Made by a program: the position numbers and the translations under genes. Below the pieces are notes generated by a model. That model made no database searches and was not told the origin of the DNA. It saw nothing but the letters and a program-made list of their open reading frames with translations. DNA of 63,948 bases, the filler included, from Choristocarpus tenellus KU-1152 (lineage: Eukaryota; Protista; Phaeophyceae): the NCBI GenBank assembly GCA_964200185.2. It is 9 parts of 9 records of this genome, joined end to end, with 100 filler letters (N's around TTAATTAATTAA, not from the genome) between each part and the next. Parts side by side here need not be neighbours in the genome. Positions count along the whole stretch, not along the records: positions 40,785 to 46,186 come from CAXNAD020010902.1; positions 46,287 to 50,139 come from CAXNAD020017568.1; positions 50,240 to 56,246 come from CAXNAD020009185.1; 6 more parts are not named here. One strand, 5' to 3'. This document shows positions 40,785 through 53,091 of the stretch, one piece after another (position 1 is the first letter of the stretch; every line of letters starts with the position of its first letter).

Positions 40785-40805
40785 CCCTCCCAGATACTTT
40801 GGGTC
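40785..40805. mobile_element. MITE family B terminal fragment at contig start
   Basis: CCCTCCCAGATACTTTGGGTC. Confidence 0.7.
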
Positions 40806-42060
40806 CCACCCTCTCAATGCCTACAACTTCCAACTCCATTTGTCTACAATCGTCTTCCATCATGCTCATTCTATGGAATATGAAGGGTGTTTTTTTGTCG
40901 TGGGATCCAGACAAATTGCGAGGACCTGTTTCCACTTATACCCCTCTGGGCTGCCTGTTCTCAAGTTCGAAGAATTGGGCAGTACTCCTCCCTAGACAAA
41001 AGCGGTTCATAAAATCAGACAACATTGCACTTGCACGCTGGCATACAGTATTTTTTGCTTCCACATATTCAGGGGTAGTGGCTTTGAAAGCGCTGCAGGC
41101 TTGCACTGTTTTCTCCGGCTCCATTCATACATCACCATTGATAATGGGGACAATTAGAGTCACTGTCACACATATGATACGAAGGAAGATGGAACGGAGT
41201 ACGTGTGATAAATGTCAATATATGACATGAAAGATTGCATACAATATGTGTTAGCAGGTTTAGCATCTGAAAGACGTCTACACTTCATTCCTTTAAGTGA
41301 TTTCAATTTCTGTTTACTCTGGAGTACATCCCTATTCCAGCTGGTTGTCTCCCAAACAAGTGTCGACATATGTTGTGAGCGACCATCAATGTTCTCCTGG
41401 AGAAATATGGCAGATTTGAGGTACAGGAAGCTGTCCACCATGGAATAAGTGGGATCACCAACGAGTCAATATACATCCTACATCACATTTTTCGCGTCAA
41501 TCCTCAACATCCTGCACATCTCCTCCAAACTCTCCTTATGCCGACTGGACTTTGAGTAGACGCCAACAGCTGCTTGAACTGATTTCATGGCATCATTCCC
41601 CCCCCCTATTGAACGCTATACCAGTCACACACTCCAGGCATGGATCTATGCAATGGTGGGTCGTGATATGGTGATCTTTATCCAGAAAAAGACCAACTTG
41701 ACCATCGATGACTCACTCACTGCCTGCCTTCAAAGTAAATTCTTCGACTTCACCTGACATTTATTTTATCTTTCTTGCCATCAACCTCCACACAAAAAGG
41801 ACATATCCTGCAGATGGGTCGACGTCAACTCATGTAGATACCCAACCTCACCGTCTTCAGAGTACCTGGGCACATCATGTCTAATTATGGAGTCGTAGAT
41901 ATGTTTATGATGCTTTGAGTGATTGTGTGTGGACATGTGTTTGTCCTTCTCTACAACAAATATTTCACTGAATAATATATAATGACTGGATATTGGGTCC
42001 TAAGATTCTCGGTTTCGATTTGACTAAGAAATTAGATTCCGATTAACATCACCCGATCCA
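40806..42060 (-). pseudogene. Decayed hAT-like transposase region
   Basis: CIDPCLE (CxxHxL-like), LVWETTSWN (TRWN-like), PT.S.V-like segment; short subterminal-type repeats near 42005-42060. Confidence 0.4.
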
Positions 42061-42354
42061 CCACATTAATTTTTTTCATATGGGTTAAAACAAATACAAG
42101 GGGCAAATTCCTGTTCTATAGTACAGAGTAGTAGTATTAAGAGTACCATCATACACCGTACACCATACACCACACACCATACACCACACACCATACTTCG
42201 GAGACATTCCTTCAATCCAGCTCTGGTATAGTAAACCTGAGTCAAATAGGTGGGATATCCCTCCCTTCATATGCAAGGAACGCGTGTAATGGAGGAAGGG
42301 GGTAATAATATAATTCCATGATCAGCAGTGTGATATTATAGCAATTACTACTAC

Positions 42355-42891
42355 TGTTACAGGCGAAGAGCGCGACCATTTATTCTCGAGTTCTAGAAAG
42401 CGCGAGCAGTGCGAGATTGGTAGCACGTAAGTACCCTTACCGAATAATTGCTGATTTCTTAGAAGATGCAGAGTAAGATTCGTGATGCATACGTAACCTT
42501 ACAGAAGAAACGTCAAAATTCCTAGATGTTGCAGAATAAAGGTTAATGATTGGAGTATATATAAAGCAGTTTGCAGATGTCTTTTAGCTTGTTGACTAAG
42601 AAAATCGTGTGGAAGATGAAAATAATATATTAAAAGAGCTTTTGGTCAGCGTCCTTTACCCCTTTCAAAAACAGTTTATTGATCTTGAACGAAACATTGA
42701 GTCTACCTTTGAGCTACGCACTGAGTGGAGTACCGAGAGAATAATGTCTGACACCCAAGGAACTGTTACCAAGGGCAACGCCCCCATAGCGTCATCTTAA
42801 GGTCGTTGGATTTGAGTTGCATATCCTGTGGAGGTGAGTTCTGGAGCGTGCTGTAACATGGAGGTCCTACCGAGACTTCCACCTTGTAACA
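42355..42891 (+). mobile_element. LTR (42355-42858, TGTTAC...GTAACA) plus tRNA-Gln PBS (42859-42875) plus a short second TGTAACA end
   Basis: Terminal inverted hexamers and a TATA-like TATATAAA at about 42558. TGGAGGTCCTACCGAGA is complementary to the eukaryotic tRNA-Gln 3' end. CTAC flanks both ends. Related LTR pieces at 4626-4746, 4849-4907 and 59762-59813. Confidence 0.8.
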
Positions 42892-43729
42892 CTACTACAG
42901 CGTGAATGCAAACTGTTTTAAACCTACCTCCCCTTAGACCTGTGTACTGGATTGAAGGTAATACGATGTTGAATGTTTGGTTAAGAAAGTTGAAATTATG
43001 GCTGAACAATGCATTTGGGTGATGATGTGTAATATCGAATCACCTGTCTAAGTTTGATCTTTGTAGTCTGAATTGGTATGACGTTGAAGCAATATTCCTG
43101 ATGTACTACAAACTGCTGCGTAGATGTATCAGGGGCACACATATTGATTGCGGTAATGAACCGTAAAGGACACTTCGAAATCCAACATGATGAGATAGAC
43201 GAAATCATATGTTAATTAGAATCTGAGACCTGAGAATATGACACTTGACTCACATTCATCATGTTCTTCCTCTCCATAACCACGTAATTTACAGATAGTG
43301 GAGTAGCTTTTATTTTAACTTCAATCTGAGGGATCCCAGACCTGTGGAGGACTCAAATCAATTTCTCATTTTTATTGTATGACATGTCAAAAATTCTATA
43401 TCATCGCATGTATCATATAAAGAAGGTCCAAGAAAATTTGATGTTGGATATTGGAAAATCAAATGCAAATGATATCATATTAAAAAATAAGTTTTGATAT
43501 TTTATATTGGTTCAAAAGTGGAAGTAAAAAATTGTGGAACTTCACCCTCTTATCTCCACTCTTGGCAAGATACTGTATCCCCTTCGTGCAATGCAAGGAA
43601 TAACCTCCTGACACGTTTGATATGCAAGTACAAGATATGGATCAGGTGTGATGAAAAAATAGATTTATTGGTGTTGCATTTTAGAGTATATGCAACATAT
43701 ACGCTCAAGTTGTGTCTCTCGCCTGAACC

Positions 43730-44400
43730 TCACCGTTAGTGCAGTACCTGGGATGACACGAGCAAGGCGAACATAAGTTGACAAGGAAAGCAACACACCA
43801 TGTTCAGCCTCCACCCTACTAAGCCCCTGCTGTAGACAGAAGACCTCCAGCCAGAGGTAGCAAAACACTACACAGGATGCTGCGTTTGTATCCACCACCA
43901 CTATGATTTCCTGGTACCTACACCTTCCACACTACTTGAGGGCCGAAGTCATCCCCACGATAGGACAGCACCAGAGTGTCATCAACTACATGTGTAGAGA
44001 ATTGGTTGTGCTTAGCAGTGACTGTGCTTCCAGCTGAGGAGAACGATTTTAGGTGGAGTTGAAGCCCTTTGTAGGCAACTACTCCCTTGCCAACTTACTC
44101 AACTCTCCAAAAACCTCCTCCTTCACCTTTCTACCATTTGAGGGGACAATCACCAGGCTCCTCTACATCTTATCTCTAGAGGAGGGCACCCCATCACTCT
44201 GCTGCAGTGAGCTCTTGGTCGTATCTGGAGCAGCTTAGTCATCTCTTCTTGCTCTCATCATCAAAGAAGGAGGTATTTCCCCCCTCACTCACATTTCCTT
44301 CTACTTGAGCTTCCTCATCCCTCTTCCTTCAATTGATGCGCAGATTTGTAGAAGCGGTCCTTGGCGAGTAATTCAGAGAGTTAGTTGTGTTCTGTCACCA
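43730..44400 (-). pseudogene. Heavily decayed Copia-like RT fragments
   Basis: RVVAYKG (ARLVAKG-like), HVVDDTLV (YVDD-like), QQGLSRVEAEHGV. Confidence 0.3.
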
Positions 44401-46286
44401 TCTTCTTGATTGATCTCACTTTCGATTAAGGTCCAGAACCTGCATATTGGACGGAATCAATGGGTTCACGTTACCTACATCATCAGTATCACATTATTTG
44501 TAGTATGAGAAAGCAAAAAGGCTCTGTTTGCTGACAATCAGAAAATGCACCAACTTCGAACTAACACTCCGTAGTATAAACATGAAAGCACTTACACATC
44601 CATCTTCATCACGTCCACCCAGGGGAGGCCCTTCATCCAAGGGTGAAGGACTGCAGCAATGCGCGCTAAGATAAAGAGCTTCCCGATCTTCCTCTTCAAT
44701 CTTGCATATACCAACACCACCTACTCAAGTAGTAGTCTTTGTAACAACGTTCACATTTCAAACTATGTACATTTGGCTGACTTTTGTACCTATGTTATTA
44801 TCATGCCTCTGCCATTTTGCAGATGTGTCAGGGGAAAAACTGATGAAAAGCCAATTCAATATCAGGCTAACCCCTGAAAAAGTATCAGTTGGCGAAAATG
44901 TGAAAGACCCTTTTCTATCTATCATCTATTTACTATTCGACTACCTACACAACTCCCCTGCTATGCCTCCAACCTAGCTTAGCCCTACACCCCAGCCAGG
45001 GCGAGGAGCTAGGGAAGCATCCCAAGAATATGACAGGCTCCTCCTTGCCCATCTCCCTGGTGTCTCTAGCTTAAAACGCTCGACATGTCTCGATAGAACC
45101 GCTATACATTATTATGCCCTCTGACTTTTATATCATAAGTAGACTATTGCGAATTTTCGTCAGTTTCTACACCCACATGAAAGACTTCAACACTACCAAC
45201 TTCATTCCATCCACATGTCCTTAGGCGGTACAATTTCCCTTCAATACAAAATGTGTCAAAATTTTGAAGAAGTGCCGAATAATCTACCAGGGCTAACACA
45301 TTTTAGATATTATCGTATCATATCACATCATTCGATGAGATGACATTTGATATGGTATCTGGTATAGTATTTTTTATTCTATTTAGCAAATACTACATCG
45401 ACATCACTTCGTCAATATCGTATCAGGTATCAAATCGCTCGAAAATATTTTTTGAGACATATTTTATCCACATTTCAGAGAAATCAACGTCACATTTATC
45501 TTTCGCAAATCAGTAGAAAAAAAATGGTACAACAATATTTATATTATTATTCCCTCTTTGATTTCGTAAATACGTTAGCGAAAAAGTCGAACCATTATCA
45601 CAAATATCTGTACAACTATTTGTACGTAAAAGTTGAAGGAGTGGTGCAGATGTACAAATCACTTCTATTTTGGAATCTTATATCACATACCATTTCCTGG
45701 GTAAATCTCGATGCTGAGGAATGATGCACAAACTCCGATTTATCGATACAAACTTGTTAGTTATCATGTGTATGTGGAAGTGTCAAAGGTGCCAAGTTCT
45801 CTGCTCAAGGGGGCAATCACAATCACCGGAATGAAAACTCTTTCACCTGAGAGGAGAGGGTGAGACCGAGTTTCAAGGTCTTGGCTCTAATCTCATAACA
45901 GATCAGTAAATCCAGTACAGAACAGCTTTTTCAGAACATGACAGATGTTTCCAGAATGACTGAGCAACGTCACAGCAAAGAAATGGATTTGTCAGAATCG
46001 GAATGGTTCTTCGTTCTGAGGATCCATTTTTGCTGTTTATTCAATTTGACTGTTTCTTTGGACTGGTCGGGATGGATGAGCTCAAATGACGTGTTTGGCG
46101 CGCTCAATTGTATCTGACCGCGCGTCTTATACCTAAGGTGTGTGTCGGAGATCCCCAAAAGGAACCTGTCCCTGACATTGCCCCCCNNNNNNNNNNNNNN
46201 NNNNNNNNNNNNNNNNNNNNNNNNNNNNNNTTAATTAATTAANNNNNNNNNNNNNNNNNNNNNNNNNNNNNNNNNNNNNNNNNNNN

Positions 46287-47130
46287 GTGTGAGGCTTCAC
46301 ACCTTCTTATCTTCACTACTAACAAATAGCATTACCTCCCAAGGTAATTTGCACAGATTAGGCCAGTCCTCTCAGGCTAGCAGGAAGTCAGCAGGATGGG
46401 TTTCGTCATCAGCCACACGCACAAGAGGGGGGGGAGTGGGGTATTAGCGGAAGATCTATATGATGGGGTGCATGTAGACGAAAAGAGGTTTTCATCCTCA
46501 AAGATGGGTAAGGTGCGTATCTGCACCCCACTAAGGAACCCCCCAACCCCCCACACAGAATAAACGTTACATTACGAAGGCAATATTCCTTGCAGCTGTG
46601 GCCCGCCCTAGGAAGCTTTCCAACAGGGCGTGGTTTGATGGGAAAATCGGGATCTGGTGAATCGTGGACTCAGCGCTCCAGCAAACACCGCGCCAAGGGC
46701 ACCAAGGTGCTTGTGCCAGCCACGGTGGATGGCGAGAGGTACTAGAAGCTCATGATCTAGGATGTCATTGCGGCAATCAAGGCCTGCACACCCAGGGCTG
46801 AAGGATACACCATCTTCACGCAGCAAGACTGAACAAAGCTACACGCCAAGGGGGGATCATGGAGCCAATTGAGGAGGCGGCAGGGGATGACCCCGCATTG
46901 AGGCAAGGTAGATCCCAGTTTTGGCCGCCCATTTGCAGAGGGATACGGGGTGTACTGATCGGACATCCAAAACGTCAAGGATACTTGTATGCTGGCCACA
47001 TCGCCCATTGCGAGGCTATACAAGGTCCATGTATCCACCCTGTGCAATGCAGCCGTCGTACTCCTTCAGATGACTGAAGACGGTGATTTGGGCAATTCAG
47101 AAGTCTTTTGCAATAGCCACTGCCATCCCC
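46287..47130 (+). pseudogene. Mariner-like transposase remnant (plant/DD39D-type, IS630-Tc1-mariner)
   Basis: VHVDEKRF, RYITKAIFLAAVARPR, WFDGKIGIW, TIFTQQD, NVKD; stops and frameshifts. Confidence 0.8.
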
Positions 47131-47446
47131 TATGGAATCTGAGTCTCACGCCCACCTCAGGCATCACGCCACCACACTGTTCTCGTCAGGGTGTTTAGAG
47201 TGTGGACCCCGGGGAGGCTTCTGGACCAAAGAATTGGGACCGACAGGCGATAACAGCATGAGCAAATTGCTTTGAACAAAGGGGGGCGTCCTACGCATCC
47301 CAATAAACACCTGCTTTGGAAATATGACGAGGTTTTGAACCCAGTCAAATCCGACTCTGCACTGGTGATCCTCCACAGTCATGATTGCCCACCATCTCAA
47401 ACATTTTGCACACCTCCTAATGTATCTGAGAACTATGCCTGGTCCA

Positions 47447-47707
47447 GAGTAAAAGTATTCTAGAGGGTAGGAGTTTTCTCCTGTTTGTCCATTTGGGGCT
47501 TAACTGCCCACATGTTCTTTATGACATTTTTAACTACTCCAGGATATTTCGGAGTACGTGAAAATGTATACATTATGAAAAGGAGTGTCCGGAACAAGGA
47601 TATTGACATTTCCTAACAAGAATGATAGCCAAGATTACATCAGAATGGCAACATTGGATCTTGGGCCCCAAATGGACGCGGCTCTACCCCCTAAGATAGC
47701 TTGGCTC
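47447..47707. mobile_element. MITE family A, complete, 5-bp TSD GTCCA
   Basis: GAGTAAAAGTATTCTAG...CTAAGATAGCTTGGCTC flanked by GTCCA on both sides. Confidence 0.9.
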
Positions 47708-49358
47708 GTCCAGAGGGGGTTTCACATGGGTTGTTCCTGGGTGAGAAAGGAGCTTGCAAAATTTATGTTACATTTCATTCCAAACGGAGGAAGGATATTG
47801 CTATTCCCCTTTCCCATGAACAAATGGAGAAGAAGGAGAAGAAAGTTGAGGGAAATATATATCTGAACTTGTGTGAGTATATATAGTGGAGCAGACAAAT
47901 ATCTCTTGAGTACAAACCTTTCAATGTATTCTGCATTATGTGTGTGTTCGTATGCACAAACAGACCTCGCTGACCAAATCAATTGCTTTTCGCAGAACTA
48001 CTCTGGCTTCTGGTCTGGTTTGAGGTTTTTGGGTTATGGTTATGGTATAGGGTTATCGGTCTTCTTTTGGCAGAATAAATGCACAAGACCAAGATAAATG
48101 ATATGCAAAACAGCCCAAACCTTGGTACCTCTCAAACACTTTGACTCATTACGATGCGATCAAGCTGGTGTGCAACACCTGTAGGCACTTGTTTGAAGGT
48201 AGAGCTATTGTTACACTATATACATACCACGTTTGGAGTAGATCAGGAAAGGTAGAAGCCTGTCACATGTTTTCGCATATTTCCATTTTAGTCCTATGCA
48301 CGAATCAACAACTGCAGGGACCTAGTATAGGATTATTCCGTTCATGTATTACATAGTGCTTATGATCCAGTGATAATATTCTTTTGTGGTTACCCACGTG
48401 GACATTGCAATTCCCACATGGTACAACACACCTGTCGGATCACAATTGCTTCAATCAATGTAATTGAGACCACCAGGTCCTTGTAACACTAGTACTACAT
48501 ATTCACATCAAGTCATATATCATCCTTTGCCAAGAAACATCGTTAATATCCTTGGCGAGAGTCAAGAGTGAGATACTTCGACACACTGTTCTACCACTGC
48601 AAAGGGGAAATTTGTGGAGAGCAGACGAAATGGGATGGGCAAGCTTCCTTGTTATTGTTTTTCGGGTGTATTAGTGTACCGTGGTGTCTGGTGGGATTTG
48701 GGCATTGGTAATGGAATTGAGAGAGTTGGACATAAAGAGACGGCTTTCAATGTGCAAATTGCTCTGTTGGAGGTAGAATGCTGTTATTTGTGTATCAGGG
48801 GAAGGCAGCGTACAGGTATTCCCTGTGCATCCTGCGAGAGCCGGGAAGTCTTGGAAGATAGATGTGTTTGAGTATTTGTTCAAAGGGCACAAGGTGGGGA
48901 GACTTGGGCTTGGATTTTGATGCAGTTCTCCTGTACCGGTATGGTTATTTTCTTGGTTGTTTTCGAATCTAGCTCAGGAATTATTTCGTGGGACGGTTTA
49001 TGAGAGTGCCTAGGTACGATTCGATAAGCGTTTAGTCTTTTCGGTTGTATTCGATTGTCTGTCCCAACGGTACGTGTGATAGAGATTTTGAATTGGTTTT
49101 CTTGGCTGCTTTGAGTGTGAGACTTGCACCCTTTCACCGTGACACTGTTATTGAGTGTATACCACACAGTCAAAACACCTTGCATGACAAACAGAGTGTG
49201 TGTATGTGTTAAAGCGTCGAGATAAGATGTTCATATCCTCACAGTTGATCTTCTTATTGACGGTCATCCCAACCGCTGGTCCTATTCCCAGGTCTCCCAT
49301 TCGAAGCATATATACCATCCTTGGCAAATGCACTACGCCACTCCTCCCGCCCCCATAG

Positions 49359-49930
49359 TACCGTCCTGTATCAGTTCCGGGCGTCGGCCCCGCGATTCAA
49401 GACAACAACAAACCTGAGGAGAGCTCGGTGCTTTCCTTCCCTCTTGCGGAATTTGACAGGAACCGGTTGCGGGGGGCGGTGGTATAGCGAATGGTTTGCA
49501 AGTATAAGCGGGACAAGAGGCGTACAGACACGACTGTGAGTGTAGGAGTGCGGGAGTCACGATTTAGGAATGTTCTTGGTAGCCCTCCAGGTTGGGCGCT
49601 CTCCACTGTTGTTATAACGAGTCGAGGTTTGGTACTGATTGGTGTGTGAGGTGTTGAAGCAGAGGTGATGAGTCACCTGATGTTCTTTTTTTAAATCATT
49701 TTGCAATGTCCGATATTGTGACCCAACCATACGCCTGACAGTCAACACCAAATGACGATTTGAGCGATGCTCCGGAGTTAAAGGAGGAGGACCTTCGGGA
49801 GGAATGTATCGCGAGGGGGCTTGATCCAGAGACCTTCAACACTGAGGTTTTGTTGCAGATGTGGAAGATGGAAGAAATGGACGAGTCACCCCAGATACAG
49901 ATACCTTGTCACAGCATGCAGCGCAAGTGA
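49359..49930 (+). pseudogene. Two phase-0 exons (49359-49535, 49742-49930) with one in-frame TAG; second exon has a SAP-like helix motif
   Basis: Pyrimidine tract plus AG at 49358, GTGAGT donor at 49536, acceptor at 49741. ELKEEDLREECIARGL resembles SAP L...EL+..C..RGL. Stop at 49485-49487. Confidence 0.35.
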
Positions 49931-50289
49931 GGCACAGATCGCTGAGAACTATGGATTAGTGTGCAGTCGCTATTGATGGTCTGTTCTCTGCTAGCCGTTG
50001 ACCCCTTCCCCCGCCCCTGCCCTGTTTCGAGCTCGATATTGCTCTTGTTTCTGCTGTGCATCTGCTCCAGTTGGATAACCGTTTTGTATGTTATTATTTG
50101 TTGACGAGGTCGGTTCGCTAAACATGAAAAATCAAATAGNNNNNNNNNNNNNNNNNNNNNNNNNNNNNNNNNNNNNNNNNNNNTTAATTAATTAANNNNN
50201 NNNNNNNNNNNNNNNNNNNNNNNNNNNNNNNNNNNNNNNACACTGTTTTACATTGTTCGAGAGCCCGGCGTACAAACAAACGCCCCGGG

Positions 50290-50422
50290 GGCTGGGGGGG
50301 GGGGGGGGGGGGGGGGTCTACACCAGGACATCCGTTCAGACCCGATGCAGGCAACAAACCAACAAAATATCGCAACATGGAAAAATTGGCCCCGAAAGGA
50401 CGGACACCCCATACCTTTGAGG
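50290..50422. mobile_element. Degenerate, internally deleted MITE family B
   Basis: (G)nTCTACACCAGG...CGCAACATGGAAAAATTGGCCCC...ATACCTTTGAGGC. Confidence 0.6.
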
Positions 50423-51633
50423 CAGGACACAGCTATGCTAAAGGGTATGCTGTATGCGCACGCGTACAAGTAGACTGCTACCGAACTGAGTAAGGCTTGC
50501 ACTTTGAGAAATTAGTTGCGTCATTAAGAGAGGGCCAAACAACGCTTGTCAGAGCAGTTCCTGGAGGTTACAAGACAGCAGGTGAGAACTCTCAGACGTG
50601 GACGTTAATCTCAATTATCAAAACAGAGGCCAGGTATTTAAGCATATACTACAAGGGGCGTGAGTTGTAACTCTTGTCAGTGTGAGGGTCGTGCCCTGGA
50701 GGTCTCCAAACACCCTGGGGCGCCACAGGACTTGCACGGGGTGCTACAGGTATTGCACTGGGGAAACTTGATAGGAATAGGGAGCATCCTAGAAGTGGCA
50801 AAGCCCCTGGGCTTGGAATTTCCAAGGGGGACTCCAGATGGTCTACAGATCACCCCAGGGAGAACAACAGCACACCACATTGTACCCTTGAGTATTTCTG
50901 AGACCACTATCCTTGATGTACCACATTCCCACCAACCTGGAAAATATTCATCTCAAAAGGTTTCACGTGGATGTTCTTAAGTACAGAACAGGCACAACTC
51001 ACATTTTTTTTCCGTCTTTTTCAAAACAGGGGAATAATCAAGACAATCATCAGACACACACACACAAAAAAAAACGGAACACTACTGCCACAATGCATCA
51101 ACTAGCCGCCTAAGGCCATCATGACACTGAACATGCAGTTGGACGTGCCTTGCTGTATGCCAACCCAGTCGCAGAAAAATCGTTCCTATGCCCCTTGCTT
51201 GTAACTGTAACCCGAGGTCAAGGTGAAGCCAGGCATGCTTGTCCATACCCCCAACATTCCTCTTTTAACGACATGTAAAGGTATCGGTTGAGTGGCACAT
51301 GCCAGCATCCTCCAGTTAGAGGTGCAACTGTCAGATCATAATGGTGCATCGATGAACTTCATCGAAACCGCCTCCGATACATTCCCCCACCCAGACAGCC
51401 CTGACTGGAGAGTATTACAACAGAGAATCTTTCATGAGTTGGTCCATGACCTTATCCCACACCTTAGTCACTTGTAAGTTCAAGTTACACTACGTTAGTC
51501 GCTTATAACTTCAAGTTGCATTACTTCATTCACTTTTACACCATAAACCATACAGACTACTAGTCATATTGCACAGGTGCGATTGCTAAGCTTTGACGAA
51601 AGCGCCTCTCAAAGTCTTTCCCGACTCAATTTG

Positions 51634-51770
51634 ACCTCTCTCAAGACATGACTACTGCTGTTGTCACAATTGTAGCTGCTATCCACCTCTCTCAAGACAT
51701 GACTATTACCTTTGTCACAATTGTAGCTGCTATCCACCTCTCTCAAGACATGAGCACTACCACTGTCACT
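51634..51770. repeat. 51-bp tandem repeat, about 2.6 units
   Basis: ACCTCTCTCAAGACATGA at 51634, 51685 and 51736. Confidence 0.9.
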
Positions 51771-52158
51771 ACCCTTTTGAACCCAGGGATTCCTCACTGC
51801 ATCAACAGCAGAGCCTCTCCCGTCCTATCTTTGAATTCCGTGCCTGTTACTTCTTCACGATCAACCACACTGACTACAGTTCAAAACGTTTCGTTCATCT
51901 AGACAAGCAACCAGTGGACTTTGTCTTACACACTGAGCCTCCCGATCAACATTTCAATACCACTGTTGTACTATACATGCATGTTGTAATATATCAGGGT
52001 ATGTGTGAATATATGATACACACCTACTGCCTCCAAATATAGTAGGTTGTACACAAATTACATATACGAACATGTAGTGGAGCATACAATGATAGAAATG
52101 ATTAATCAAAATGGACATCCAAAACGATAAATATAACAAATATATAAAACATGCTCAC

Positions 52159-53091
52159 CTCAGTTGTCCATTTTCCCCTTCGTAAGCCATTGGTCTTCTT
52201 GCCTTTCCCTTGCCCTGGCACATATCCTCCCCTTCCTCCAGTCTCTCCTGTATTGTACTGCCCCCCTCCATGAGAGATAGCATGGGGATGAGACTGGGAA
52301 GGGTGGGTTTGGTGACCGTGCCCATGGTGTGGGGTTCCGTGTGCCAAATGCTGGTGCTGCATTTGTGTTTGGGTGTGGGGGTGTGCGCGGCCATGACCAT
52401 TCGTAGGATGCACCGGAGGAGAAGACTGGTAGTCTTGTCGACCGTTACCGTATTTGTGTACCCCTTTTGGTAGAGCGCCATTAAAAATATAAAAAAAGAG
52501 GGCAGGGCGGGAGGAGGTCAAGGAGACCGATATACGGACTTAGATATAGCGTCGAAATGAGGTTTTAGTATTTTCTTTATGTCAAAACCAAGATCGTATG
52601 CTAGAATGCCTGGACGGCAACTCGTTGTTCATATTATCGAGACGAGGTGTGAAAGGGGGGTGGGACCTTAAACACTCCTGACATTTGAAACCACGGGCAT
52701 CACAAAGGCCCAGAAAGTGCAGAGTAGCCCAAAGAACGACCGACTCGCCTGAGTGTATAACACCGTCCGCCATCGCCGCCGCACGTCCCGCAGCCTCGAT
52801 TGTCCGGTTGATGCCTCCAGACCCTCCAACCCCCGCTATCCCATGTCCTCCTCCAACCCCCCCTCTTCCTGTACTTTGATCTGCTCTGGGTTCCTCCTTG
52901 ACCATTTTTATGTCTGCAAGTCCGTTAGCTTTTCTCCCGACACCTGAACCCTGGGTGGGAGGAGGGGGGCATGGGGTCTGCGGAATCACCCCACTTCTCA
53001 CCCCAGCAGCCATTGTACCTGCTGCACCATCACCCCCAGCAAGAGCTGTTGTACCACCAGCGCCGATCCCTAACTCCTCGGGCATGGGAGG
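52159..53091 (-). CDS. Partial gene of the stramenopile Myb-like LRRGKWT family; exons 53091(or ATG 53085)-52749 and 52463-52159
   Basis: Gly/His/Gln-rich region ending in NGLRRGKWTTE followed by a GTGAGC donor. The exons join in phase 1 through a GC-AG intron. Downstream exons were not found in this contig. Confidence 0.7.

Noticed and set aside
42859-42875. tRNA gene
   Set aside because: Only a 17-nt complement including CCA directly after an LTR, so it is a primer-binding site.
46287-47130. Mariner relic as the autonomous partner of MITEs A/B
   Set aside because: Mariner elements duplicate TA, whereas these MITEs have variable 4-bp TSDs.
50660-51480. Possible LINE C-terminal remnant on the minus strand
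   Set aside because: Only a vague QYSPV..VW resemblance; too weak to call.
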